Shown here: piece by piece, positions 17,800-26,830 of the stretch
Position numbering within the stretch: position 1 is the first letter of the stretch
How the letters are laid out: each line of letters begins with the position of its first letter
From: a virus
Taxonomy: Duplodnaviria; Caudoviricetes
Virus record (IMG/VR): IMGVR_UViG_3300012933_000030
Location: 1 to 35,356 of that record
DNA length: 35,356 bases
Direction: 5' to 3' (one strand)
The notes under the pieces: model-generated
What the model was told of the DNA's origin: nothing
Databases searched by the model: none
Seen by the model: the letters and a program-made list of their open reading frames with translations, nothing else
Position numbers and translations under genes: made by a program

Positions 17800-18461
17800 T
17801 ACATCACCAATGGTTTGTATGGTCGCAACAAAGCCTGAACACCAAACGGAATCTGCTTCAACTGAGTTTCAGTCGTGTCAGAACGGTTGTTGTATAAATG
17901 CGTCAGCAACAACAAACCAGCCTGTTTAATGACAGGGTATGTTGATAAAGGACTACCGTTTTGCGTGTAGATCACAGAAATAGGGTTCGCAACATTCTGA
18001 TTAAGTGTGTTGGGAATCGAATTCAAGATCACACGGTTGCCCGTTGGGTCATACGAATATTCAGTACAAGGAATGACGTTTGGCACTACGTTTGAAGTGC
18101 CGTAATACATTACCGAGTTAATCGTTACACCAGCGCGGCCTTGATTTGGACCAGACACTTCTGGCAAGTCCAAAAAGACCGCTGTGTTGTATAGACCAAA
18201 GTTAGGGTAGTACACCAGCCACTGCGTTGAGAAGATTGCCATGCCCAAGAAGTCCTCAATTGCCATGCGAGTGGCAAGTTCAAGAGAGGACAAATAAGCG
18301 TCTTGGCTTTCATCGTCAAACAGGTTTAACTGCTGTGTGATCTCGCCCAACGTCAACCATTGGGTAGATACATCGCGGTTAATCTGTTCAAACTTGACGT
18401 AGTTAAACGGATTCCCTTGATTGGAATAAAACGGCGCGAGTGTTTGGTTCTCAACAGCCAT
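17799..18461 (-). CDS. Head-tail connector (HK97 gp6-like)
   Basis: LTLGEITQQL...QDAYLSSL and IKQAGLLLLTHLYNNR...PFGVQALLRPYK. Confidence 0.88.
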   Translation of the reverse strand: MAVENQTLAPFYSNQGNPFNYVKFEQINRDVSTQWLTLGEITQQLNLFDDESQDAYLSSLELATRMAIEDFLGMAIFSTQWLVYYPNFGLYNTAVFLDLPEVSGPNQGRAGVTINSVMYYGTSNVVPNVIPCTEYSYDPTGNRVILNSIPNTLNQNVANPISVIYTQNGSPLSTYPVIKQAGLLLLTHLYNNRSDTTETQLKQIPFGVQALLRPYKPLVM

Positions 18462-18471
18462 GATTTACCTT

Positions 18472-19491
18472 TTAGGCTGCGCTTGCACGAACACCAGCGA
18501 ACGGGTCGCGGACAGTGCTTGTTACACGGCGCTCTGCGTACAGGGTCACAAAGCCAGGTGCTGTCTGTTCATAAACCTGCACATCCATTTCTTCAATGTC
18601 TGCAATAGTCAAGAAGCGGTCCCAGTTTGCCAAGTAGATTGGGAAATCAGTAGACAGGTATGAGTTAGGTATAACAGGCCAACCAAAGATTGAACCCACT
18701 GCGCCGCCTTCACCAGCCTCGCCCAATTCCAAGAACAATGGCAAACCTTGGCTGTCTTTCAACTGACGCAAAGTTTGAATCATTGCTGGAGTCATGTGCC
18801 AAGCCGTTGTAGGCAATGACCAATACTGTGCTGGCAATGCGTTAGCAATGTTTGTGATCTTGTTGTACGTTGGTGTAACGCCACCCAAAGACACAGTTGC
18901 CAAGGTATGAATACCGTTGGTGATTGCTGTACCGCTTGTGCCGTAAGCCGCAGTAGAACCGCTGGTGTACGAATCCAAACCGCGCAAACCGTAAGTTGCA
19001 CCAGTTGTTGTGGTCGTAGAACCAGATTGGTCATCATTGGTTGCCATAGATGAACCTTCTTGTTCGCTGAATTCCAGCGCCAAGTCCATCAACAATGCTT
19101 CTTGCAAACCGTTAATGTCATCCAATGCAGCAATACGAACTGGCAATTGCGCGTTGATGATGCGTGTAGGCATAACCCAGAATGAGGTAGCCGTATCTGG
19201 TGAACCGCTATCAGGTGTAGCGTTAGGGTTCCAAGGGTTTGCGCCTGTTGCGTTACCTGTCTTGGCAACGAACTGGACAGCAGAACTGTTTGGAGTTTTG
19301 ATGTTGCGTGAACCCATACGGAATGGGTTGGCATAACGCAATGCGGCAAAAGCATCATCAAAATAAGTGCGACCACCAATATCAAGACCAGAGCCAGTAA
19401 GCGTTGAGGCTTCGCGCAGGTCGATTGTTACTTTGCCGCCCTCGTTGATGGCTTTCTTAATGCCGTCTAGGATTGTTTGGTTTGCACTCAT
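18472..19491 (-). CDS. Second HK97-fold capsid protein, paralog lacking most of the delta domain
   Basis: Aligns by eye with the upstream capsid: EASTLTGSG..IGGRT, AALDDINGL, NDDQSGSTTTT.GAT.GLRGL, YEQTAPGFVTLYAERR. Has its own AAGGA SD. Confidence 0.85.
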   Translation of the reverse strand: MSANQTILDGIKKAINEGGKVTIDLREASTLTGSGLDIGGRTYFDDAFAALRYANPFRMGSRNIKTPNSSAVQFVAKTGNATGANPWNPNATPDSGSPDTATSFWVMPTRIINAQLPVRIAALDDINGLQEALLMDLALEFSEQEGSSMATNDDQSGSTTTTTGATYGLRGLDSYTSGSTAAYGTSGTAITNGIHTLATVSLGGVTPTYNKITNIANALPAQYWSLPTTAWHMTPAMIQTLRQLKDSQGLPLFLELGEAGEGGAVGSIFGWPVIPNSYLSTDFPIYLANWDRFLTIADIEEMDVQVYEQTAPGFVTLYAERRVTSTVRDPFAGVRASAA

Positions 19492-19507
19492 TTAAATAAT
19501 TCCTTGT

Positions 19508-19543
19508 AAAAACAAAAAGAGGGGGGACGAATCCCCCCATCTT
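19508..19543 (-). terminator. Rho-independent terminator between the two capsid genes
   Basis: Minus strand GGGGGGA-TTCG-TCCCCCC-TCTTTTTGTTTTT. Confidence 0.85.
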
Positions 19544-19545
19544 TA

Positions 19546-20889
19546 TTAAGCGCCAGTGGCTGTTGAGCGGTAACGGATGATGCTGAATGGGTCAACAACA
19601 GACGTTGCCAAACGCTTCTCACCGTAGAAGGTGATAAAGCCAGGGGCTGTTTGCTCATAACGGCGCAAGACCATGCTCAAGCGGTCAACGATGGTGTGAC
19701 CACGTTGGAAATCGCCAAAGTACATTGGGTATTGGCTGTTAGTACCAGCAGAACCGCCAGAAGCGATTGGGCTTTCGAGGTAGTTGTTCACCACAACGTC
19801 AAAGCCCAACAACTTGCCAACGATACCGTCAGACACCAATGGAGACATACGCTCAAACACTGGAGTGCCGTTGTCGTCAACCAGACCGCGAATAGCAGCC
19901 AACATCAGAGGGCTGATGATGAACTTGCTGTTAGCAGACCAGTATTGTTGTGGCAATGAGTGGATGAAGTTAATCAAATCAGCAAACACTACATTGTTGG
20001 CAGTGCCAAAACCGTTGGTTGTGATCTGGTCGTATGTAGCGATGCTATGCAAACCAGCAGTTGCGCCAGTACCAGAAGTACCGAAAGCAGCAGTGGAGAT
20101 AGTGCCACCAGTGTAGGTGCTGTTAGCGCCAGGGTACTGATTCAAACCACGCAAGCCGTCTGTCGCACCGTAAGCGGTGGTCGTAGAACCAGATTGGTCG
20201 TTGTTCAAAATCATTGACAGACCTTCTTGTTGCGAGAATTCTTGCAACATATCGTCAACCACGTTTGCTTCCAAGCCATCAATGTCATCAAGCGCAGCAG
20301 TACGGATAGGGAACTGCACGTTAATGTCTTGCATATTCAGTTGCCAAATGTTCGTGGCTTCAGTAGTAGCCGAACCGTTGTTCTGAATTGCATAGCCCCA
20401 GGCCGCGCCAGCATTCCCGGTCTTTGCCCGGAATTGATAGGTAGAACCATCAGTAGCCACGTTGCGAGACACGCCGCGCATTGGGTTAATCAAACGCAGA
20501 GCGTGGAACACAGGGTCATACGCAGTACGACCACCGATGCCAGCGCCAGAGCCTGTCAAAGACGATGCTTCGGTCAGGTATGCAGCGTGTTGGTCTTCTG
20601 ATTCCCACAGTTTCAATTCAGTGTGCAACTTGCTGCCACCTTTAGAGAAACCAGCGAGTTGTTCACGAACACGGCGGTTCACATCACCACGGATGGTTTT
20701 GTGAGGTGCGCGGATGAACTCAGGCATTTGGATAGAAGCAACTTTGGCTTCCAAAGCAGCCATTTTCTCTTGAATTTCTGCTTTAGCAGATTCAACAGTC
20801 ACAGCAACTTCGGACTTGACTTCATCAATTTTTGCGAGTTGCGCGGTTTCAATCGCGTCAACTTTTTCTAGGATTTTTTCAACTGACAT
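19546..20889 (-). CDS. Major capsid protein, HK97 family, with N-terminal coiled-coil delta domain
   Basis: About 100 aa coiled-coil N-terminus; LLGFDVVVN, YFGDF and PGFITFYGEKR motifs; follows the protease. Confidence 0.93.
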   Translation of the reverse strand: MSVEKILEKVDAIETAQLAKIDEVKSEVAVTVESAKAEIQEKMAALEAKVASIQMPEFIRAPHKTIRGDVNRRVREQLAGFSKGGSKLHTELKLWESEDQHAAYLTEASSLTGSGAGIGGRTAYDPVFHALRLINPMRGVSRNVATDGSTYQFRAKTGNAGAAWGYAIQNNGSATTEATNIWQLNMQDINVQFPIRTAALDDIDGLEANVVDDMLQEFSQQEGLSMILNNDQSGSTTTAYGATDGLRGLNQYPGANSTYTGGTISTAAFGTSGTGATAGLHSIATYDQITTNGFGTANNVVFADLINFIHSLPQQYWSANSKFIISPLMLAAIRGLVDDNGTPVFERMSPLVSDGIVGKLLGFDVVVNNYLESPIASGGSAGTNSQYPMYFGDFQRGHTIVDRLSMVLRRYEQTAPGFITFYGEKRLATSVVDPFSIIRYRSTATGA

Positions 20890-20900
20890 TTTGCATTCCT

Positions 20901-21683
20901 TTATTTAATGCGTTTTTCAAGTGCCTTTGACAACTCACGCAACTCGAAAGCGCGGAGCAATTCATCGGCTTCGGTCACCACCGCATCAGGCTCACCCTGA
21001 GTTGGGGTCACTTCAACTTTCGCGGGAACATCACGTTCTGCCATTACTCGTTTGAAGATACTAGATGCGGTGGTCGCATCCTTTTTGTTAAGACCTGCCT
21101 CACGCAAAGCCTTTTCCAAAACTCGTGGGTTCACATTGCCGTCAGCATCAAATGCTTCCAGTTTGTGAATCTCTGCATTAGGGTTGTTTGGGTACATCAC
21201 CACAGACACTTCGCGCAAACCACCTTTAGTGATTTGGAAATATGCTTCTTCGCTTTGATCTGGGTTGCCATCAGCGTCAACCATTTGCGCTTCTTCTGCA
21301 TAAGCACCAACAGAAACACCACCAAACATATTGGGGGATTCTTTAAGCACTTGGTACAGGTCGTTGCCGCCTACTGTGTTCAAGTACAAGCGGCCTTTGG
21401 CAGTCATGCCTTCATCGTCAAATGAAAACTCGTTCCATTCGCCCATTGGCATACCCATGTCGTTGTGGTTCAAGAACATAGGCAAAGGTTTGCCAGTTTC
21501 AGCAAATTCTGCTGCCCAATCTGCAAAGCCTTCAGGCTGATAGTTGAATTTACGACCATCAGCGCCTTCACGCGCACCCCATGTAGTTACACGGGCTTCA
21601 AGTTGACCGCTTGGTTGGGCGGCCTCGTTTGCGTTTTGCGACAGGCTGACTTTCGCCTCGCAGACTAGATTCAGTTGTTTCAT
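20901..21683 (-). CDS. Prohead maturation protease, HK97 family
   Basis: PMFLNHN..MPMG, GVSVG, LREVSVVMYPNNPNAEI, and LEKALREAGL tail. Confidence 0.9.
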   Translation of the reverse strand: MKQLNLVCEAKVSLSQNANEAAQPSGQLEARVTTWGAREGADGRKFNYQPEGFADWAAEFAETGKPLPMFLNHNDMGMPMGEWNEFSFDDEGMTAKGRLYLNTVGGNDLYQVLKESPNMFGGVSVGAYAEEAQMVDADGNPDQSEEAYFQITKGGLREVSVVMYPNNPNAEIHKLEAFDADGNVNPRVLEKALREAGLNKKDATTASSIFKRVMAERDVPAKVEVTPTQGEPDAVVTEADELLRAFELRELSKALEKRIK

Positions 21684-21813
21684 TTATCACCCCATTGTGA
21701 ATTGATTGGTTGTCGTCTTGTATCTTGTGGGGTTTTTTAATGATTGGTAGTGTAACACTAGCAACTTTAATTTGTGAAGCAACAAATGCAAGCACTTTGT
21801 TAATTGCGCTCAT
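21598..21813 (-). CDS. Small basic protein with C-terminal AT-hook-like motif (uncertain)
   Basis: ATG coupled to the portal stop (TAATG); fills a 130-nt gap; ends KRKRGRPTKRST, overlapping the protease by 86 nt. Confidence 0.5.
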   Translation of the reverse strand: MSAINKVLAFVASQIKVASVTLPIIKKPHKIQDDNQSIHNGVINETTESSLRGESQPVAKRKRGRPTKRST

Positions 21814-23216
21814 TATGTTGTCCCAATATTCATTTTGCTCTTTTGATTACCGCCACCGCCACCTGTATCTTGGGGGCTTGTGCCAGAAATCGGTTTGTCG
21901 CCACCAGACCCACCACCACTTTGCATCAATTCGTCTGCGCCGTCAATATCTGGAATATTAAGGTACTGACGAGCCTCGTTTGGTGTCATTATGCCAGCCT
22001 TAACGCCAGCAGTCACGAAATTCATTTGGTCAAGCGGTGCGCCCTTCAAGAAATCCTTGGTATCAAAGCGCACAACCAGATTTGGGTAACCTTTAAGCAA
22101 ATGCTGTTTCAACTTTTGCTCAATGTTAATAACCATTGGGTACATGACCGTTTTGTAGAACTCATCCAGCATAGTCTGGGTGTTGTTGTACTTCTGGTCA
22201 GCAATACCAAGCATTGCAGGTGGCACACCAAACACGCCACAGATGCGTTTCATGGTTTGCTCTTTTAACTTGGCTGCGTCAGCATCCTGCAAGGTAAGCA
22301 TCTTGATGGATTCGTATGTCATGCCTTGGTCAAGCAACATACCTTGACCCGCTTTACTTGGGTCAGTACCACGACTACCCGTCATTGCATTCCAAGTGTC
22401 TTTAATACGCGAGGCAATTTCTTTGTACTTAGCGTCTGGAATAACTTGGTCAGTACGGAAAATGCCAGATGGCTTTGCGCCGTTCTGCATTACAAAGTTG
22501 GCATAAATATCAATGTCTTGGTCCAAGGCCACCAATTCGGTTGCCAAGATACCTTTGTTGAAACCAGACGAACCTTGCCATGCGGCTTCTTTGCAGTGCA
22601 TCACTTGGTAATACTCAAGTGGCGTATCTTTGCTAAAACCGTAGGATGGCGAACTCAAAACGTACATTGGATAACGGGTATCCGACAGTTTGACCGTAAT
22701 AAGTGTGGCATCAAGGTTGTACATCTCGATTGGCGTAGCAGTTGAATCCTTCTGCTTGTCGCGCCACCACAAGGTGAACGATTCGCCAGCAATGTCTTGC
22801 CACATACACCATTGATACCAAAACTCGTATGCGCTTTGGAAATTATTGGGGTTTTGCAATAGGTTTAGGACTTGTTTAGCCTTCTGCTTATCACGCGAAC
22901 CTACGCCCTCGTCTTTAATGGCATCTACAAAAGTGCCATCTTCAGCCTTGGACATAATGGAAATACCGCACTGTGCCAATGCCCTAGCCTTAACACCAAC
23001 GCATCCCATGACGGTTGAATTGCGCGTAAGGCCAGAAATATCAACAACGCGACCAGCAGTCGTGGTGCTTGACGTTGTTACATACAGTAATTGCTGTGAA
23101 GGCTGGCTTCTTTGGTCGCCAATAACAACTTGGTTACCCAGTTGTAACTGACCCAGAACTACGTTTGATTCGTTCTGAACGCCTTTTTTACCGCTGAAAA
23201 AGTCACGAATTCCCAT
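21813..23216 (-). CDS. Portal protein, HK97 family
   Basis: PNNFQSAYEFW, NGAKPSG, LLDQGMTY, ICGVFGVPPAMLG and GIMTPNEAR. Confidence 0.95.
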   Translation of the reverse strand: MGIRDFFSGKKGVQNESNVVLGQLQLGNQVVIGDQRSQPSQQLLYVTTSSTTTAGRVVDISGLTRNSTVMGCVGVKARALAQCGISIMSKAEDGTFVDAIKDEGVGSRDKQKAKQVLNLLQNPNNFQSAYEFWYQWCMWQDIAGESFTLWWRDKQKDSTATPIEMYNLDATLITVKLSDTRYPMYVLSSPSYGFSKDTPLEYYQVMHCKEAAWQGSSGFNKGILATELVALDQDIDIYANFVMQNGAKPSGIFRTDQVIPDAKYKEIASRIKDTWNAMTGSRGTDPSKAGQGMLLDQGMTYESIKMLTLQDADAAKLKEQTMKRICGVFGVPPAMLGIADQKYNNTQTMLDEFYKTVMYPMVINIEQKLKQHLLKGYPNLVVRFDTKDFLKGAPLDQMNFVTAGVKAGIMTPNEARQYLNIPDIDGADELMQSGGGSGGDKPISGTSPQDTGGGGGNQKSKMNIGTT

Positions 23217-23246
23217 GTTTCACCCCCATTTGTTACCGATATTAAC

Positions 23247-24917
23247 CTAAAACGAGCGGAATCCAAAACTATTTGACACGAACGGGTTATCCAAAGAACA
23301 ATGCGAGGCAATAATCATAGCAATAATGCCGTCAACCTTGGCTGCTTTATCTGCTTCGTTCTTGCGTACTTTGATGTTGCCGTTCACATCGGTATAACAT
23401 TCACAGTTACCTAACTGCCAACCAACAAAGGGATTGCCATCGTGCTTGATTTGTTTATTCAAGATCAACTTTTCAACGTATTTGCTTGGGTTATTCAACA
23501 CTGCCATACCCTGCCCTACCTTTTTAACTGGCAAACCAGCATCGTGTAGACGCGCTACCAATGAGGCTGCGTTGTATGCGTCATAACCAACCTCTTTGAC
23601 GTTGTACTTGGTGCATTGCTGGTTAATGATGTAGTCGCTGATCTCGCGGTCATCCATCACGTTGCCTTCTGTCAATTTAAGGATGCCGCTGGCAATAGCC
23701 ACTTGGAAAATGTCCAAATAGTGTTTGGGAATAAAAGACAGGCTTTCTTCTGGCAAAAAGAACTGCCATTCAGCCTCATAGTCCAATGGGCCATAACGCT
23801 TGAGCGTACAGACTGCGTTTAAATCTCGCGTTGCCGCCAAGTCAAAGCCAATGAACACGGCTTCTGGTTCTTCTGTGCGTGGCTGCAAAGCGCAAGCAGG
23901 GTCATCCCAATTTGCCCTGTCTAACCATGCTGCGTTGGCTGAAACCCAGACATTAAGAGTTTTACAAAGGAATTCATTAAGCGCGGCTGGTTTGTGCTTG
24001 GCCTCCTCTGCGCGTTGAGCAATAGCGTCTTCAAACACGCTAATGCTGTGCATAGGGTTAGCCTTGGCCCATACGCTAGGTTCACGCCAATCATCACCAA
24101 GATCAAGCCCGTACATAAGGCCAAACCAGCGTGGGTTGTCCGTAGCCTCGCCATGTAGCATAGATTGGTACATTGACAAGTCTTCGTAGAACTTGGTGTC
24201 TTTAGTAAATGACGATGTGGTGATGTAAAGCCTTAAAGGATTCTTACGGGCCACCATACCTGAGTGCAAAACCTCAATGGAATTGCGGTCAACAATCTGT
24301 GCTGCTTCGTCAATGATTACGCAAGATGGGTTCTTACCGTCACCTGATTTTTTGGTGTCACGGCTTAAAGCCTTAAACATACTTTGGCTGTCGCCGCGCT
24401 TGCCAATGGTGTATTTGCTTGGATTAAACAATTCAGCCAATTGTGCTGGCATTGCCTCAACAAAACCTTTGGCAGAGTCAAACACAATGGTTGCCTGTTC
24501 GCGGTTGGTCGCCAGAGTAAATACTTCAGCGCCAGCCTCGCCAAACAATAACTCATACAACGCAATAACAGCAGTAAGTGTTGACTTACCAGCCTTTCGC
24601 GGAATGAACAGAATTACATCTGAAACCATCCGCTTTTCTAAATCCTTCTTACTGCGGAACCCGTAAATAGCGCAAATCAAAAGAATCTGGAAAGGCTCAA
24701 GCACTACATTCTGACCTGCTTGTGGTCCTTTGGTATGTTTTAGCGTAGCGGCAAATTGCAGAACGTGGTCAGGGAATCGTTCGTCAAAAACCCATTCCCA
24801 TTCTTTGTTTTCCAACTGGTTAAGGAAACGCTGACACGCAAGCCTTACGTTATTGCAGACGTTTATCTCGCCCTTTGCTACTGCATGGGCATAAGCAACC
24901 CCGTCTTGCCAGTTCAT
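23247..24917 (-). CDS. terL: Terminase large subunit
   Basis: LEPFQ, Walker A IPRKAGKS, Walker B VIIDE, WAKANP, nuclease motifs GFDLA, YDAYNA and KVDG. Confidence 0.96.
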   Translation of the reverse strand: MNWQDGVAYAHAVAKGEINVCNNVRLACQRFLNQLENKEWEWVFDERFPDHVLQFAATLKHTKGPQAGQNVVLEPFQILLICAIYGFRSKKDLEKRMVSDVILFIPRKAGKSTLTAVIALYELLFGEAGAEVFTLATNREQATIVFDSAKGFVEAMPAQLAELFNPSKYTIGKRGDSQSMFKALSRDTKKSGDGKNPSCVIIDEAAQIVDRNSIEVLHSGMVARKNPLRLYITTSSFTKDTKFYEDLSMYQSMLHGEATDNPRWFGLMYGLDLGDDWREPSVWAKANPMHSISVFEDAIAQRAEEAKHKPAALNEFLCKTLNVWVSANAAWLDRANWDDPACALQPRTEEPEAVFIGFDLAATRDLNAVCTLKRYGPLDYEAEWQFFLPEESLSFIPKHYLDIFQVAIASGILKLTEGNVMDDREISDYIINQQCTKYNVKEVGYDAYNAASLVARLHDAGLPVKKVGQGMAVLNNPSKYVEKLILNKQIKHDGNPFVGWQLGNCECYTDVNGNIKVRKNEADKAAKVDGIIAMIIASHCSLDNPFVSNSFGFRSF

Positions 24918-25132
24918 TGCTCACGAATCCAAATGGCAAACGAATGTGCTGTGTCGCCAAAAGGCAAGCGTTCACAAGCGGTGGCAATTTCTTCGGCTTT
25001 GGCTTTGGCTATCAATTCTGCAAAATATTCAATTTCTGTTGGCGTTCCAGAAACAATTACTTTTCCATCGGAATGACGCTCCACAACCAAATTAGATTGT
25101 TTGGAGATTTGAATAATGTCTTGTTGTTTCAT
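24914..25132 (-). CDS. Hypothetical protein inserted between terS and terL
   Basis: 72 aa; ATGA overlap with terL; FAELIA...ACE...IRE motif resembles ORF 29862..30134. Confidence 0.65.
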   Translation of the reverse strand: MKQQDIIQISKQSNLVVERHSDGKVIVSGTPTEIEYFAELIAKAKAEEIATACERLPFGDTAHSFAIWIREQ

Positions 25133-25135
25133 AGT

Positions 25136-25609
25136 TTATTGAGCCAATGGGCCTTTGAGGAATTGAGCAACAGGTGAATCGTCTTCTTTCTTACCAGCAG
25201 ACAAACGGCTGCGTGGTGTCAAACCTAGTTCATTCATCATTTGAATGATGAGCGTCATAGTCTTATTGCGGATTGTCAGGAACGGATTGGGTCCAGTTGT
25301 CTTGCCATCATTGAAATCAACAACCAGACCTTCACGCGCAATACCTTCAGTACACAAGATATAGGTTTCAATGTGGTCAGCCAACATTGAGAGCGTGTGC
25401 TTGTCCTGGTCGTTGCCAATTCCATAGACCTCATACAAGAAATCTGCGGTTTCCTCAATGAACTTAGCCTTGTCCCATGCCGCTGGATTATTCATCCACT
25501 CAGCAGCAGGAATGCGCTTCTTAATTTTTTCAGGCAAGACCGTAGGCATTCCCTTGCGTGGGGTAGTGCCATCGACCAGATGCAATTCGGGGGCTTTTTT
25601 GTTACTCAT
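25136..25609 (-). CDS. terS: Terminase small subunit, P27 family
   Basis: LHLVDGT, NPFL and ELGLTPRSR motifs; upstream of terL. Confidence 0.9.
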   Translation of the reverse strand: MSNKKAPELHLVDGTTPRKGMPTVLPEKIKKRIPAAEWMNNPAAWDKAKFIEETADFLYEVYGIGNDQDKHTLSMLADHIETYILCTEGIAREGLVVDFNDGKTTGPNPFLTIRNKTMTLIIQMMNELGLTPRSRLSAGKKEDDSPVAQFLKGPLAQ

Positions 25610-25616
25610 AGTTCAC

Positions 25617-25644
25617 ATCATAGTACAAACCCCCCAAAGGGCAA
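25617..25644 (-). promoter_or_regulatory. Putative sigma70 promoter for terS (probably leaderless)
   Basis: TTGCCC-N16-TATGAT with the ATG 7 nt after the -10 box; no SD. Confidence 0.4.
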
Positions 25645-25738
25645 ATTACTTTGTAGGAATTTGGGGTTCGGCGTTGCTCTTTATTATGGGCCTTTTTTTT
25701 AAGTTTCAAACCACAGACCCCCACCCCCCTGCCAAGCC
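25645..25738. other. Probable cos/packaging initiation region
   Basis: Non-coding gap between HNH and terS, where cos lies in HK97-like phages; G/C runs. Exact cut site not identifiable. Confidence 0.45.
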
Positions 25739-26176
25739 CTATGAGGGGTCTACAAGGCTCATGTAATCTAATCGGCATAGGTCCACTACTGGTGGGCCAT
25801 ATCGTCTGTATACGCCCTTCTGTTCTAGTTGCGTCTTCTCTGCATGGTGTTCATAGCAGAGGGATTGGAACTTATTGATGAAGAATGCTTCTTTGCTTAT
25901 CTGTCGCCAAGGGAATATGTGGTCAACAACAGTAGCCGATGTAATAATATTATTTGCTTGGCATCCTGCACATAGTGGATGCTTGCTTAACTGTATCTGT
26001 CTTAGTGCTAACCATTGCGCTGTCTTATATTGCGCGTTGCTATCTACTCTGCTTCTATTATGCTTTTGGTCGTATGTGTCCCTGCCCCCATGCTCTAAGC
26101 AGTAGCCGTTGTACTTAGAGCGTGGGTTCTTACAGCCTAAGTCACTGCATATAGTGCGCGTTGGTATGCTTGGCAT
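25739..26176 (-). CDS. HNH endonuclease, terminase-associated (HK97 gp74-like)
   Basis: PLCAGC...VVDHIFP...NKFQSLCYEHHAEKT; adjacent to terS. Confidence 0.9.
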   Translation of the reverse strand: MPSIPTRTICSDLGCKNPRSKYNGYCLEHGGRDTYDQKHNRSRVDSNAQYKTAQWLALRQIQLSKHPLCAGCQANNIITSATVVDHIFPWRQISKEAFFINKFQSLCYEHHAEKTQLEQKGVYRRYGPPVVDLCRLDYMSLVDPS

Positions 26177-26239
26177 GGCTATATGAGTGGGCTTAGGGTC
26201 TGTTTATGGTCGTATTTATGGCTTTATATGATGATTAAT

Positions 26240-26349
26240 GGCCTGTTTTGGGCCTATTTTGGGGTGTTTTTGGGCTGTTTTAGGGGTGTTTTTGACCCCT
26301 TTTTGGCCCCTTTTTAGCCCCTTTTTGGGGTGTTTTTAGGGGTATTTTG
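26240..26349. repeat. Ten tandem degenerate 11-bp units with phased T tracts
   Basis: ggcctgttttg ggcctattttg gggtgtttttg ggctgttttag gggtgtttttg acccctttttg gccccttttta gcccctttttg gggtgttttta ggggtattttg. Confidence 0.9.
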
Positions 26350-26350
26350 A

Positions 26351-26830
26351 CTACTTTAAGAAGCGTAGTTTGTAGATGGTGCTGTCTACCAGTGCTGCCA
26401 TCTCGTCTGTGATGTTCTGCAATTCACTATCTTGGGGCAGTTGTTGACGGGCTTCCTTGATGTAGTCACTTAGGCCGATCAGGTATTCCAGTGCTGGCTC
26501 TGGTTCTGCGTACTCTAGGCCATAGCCTTCAATGATGCCGTACTTGCCTTGGTATGCCTCAACGTAATCGTCTACTAGGTCACCAATCTCTGTGTAGTAG
26601 CCCTCAAGCGCCTTGTGTTCTGAGTATGAACGGCTCTGTAGATGCAAGATGTGCGTGTTAGTTACGCTGTGCAATAGGCAAAGCACAAACTGTTGTGGCG
26701 TATATGTCATGGCTTCCTCTTTAAATCCGCTGGCATGGGCTGCTTGGCCCACTTGGATGGCTTTCTGCTTGGTCTGGAACGGCCCCTTGCTGCCCCAATA
26801 CCAACCGTCTGGTTTCTTCATCACTGGCAT
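26351..26830 (-). CDS. Dps/ferritin-like four-helix protein (DUF5856-like) with short basic N-terminal domain
   Basis: HILHLQSRSYSEHKAL..YY..I.DLVDDYVEAYQGKYG and STIYKLRFLK. Likely start ATG 26830, alternative ATG 26710. Confidence 0.7.
   Translation of the reverse strand: MPVMKKPDGWYWGSKGPFQTKQKAIQVGQAAHASGFKEEAMTYTPQQFVLCLLHSVTNTHILHLQSRSYSEHKALEGYYTEIGDLVDDYVEAYQGKYGIIEGYGLEYAEPEPALEYLIGLSDYIKEARQQLPQDSELQNITDEMAALVDSTIYKLRFLK

Noticed and set aside
19491-19546. Frameshift or readthrough fusion of the two capsid genes
   Set aside because: Tandem TAA TAA stops, a terminator and an independent SD separate them; no slippery site seen.
26240-26349. Tandem repeat considered as a CRISPR array or coding repeat
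   Set aside because: Units are 11 bp, degenerate and have no spacers; no cas genes; period is not a multiple of 3.
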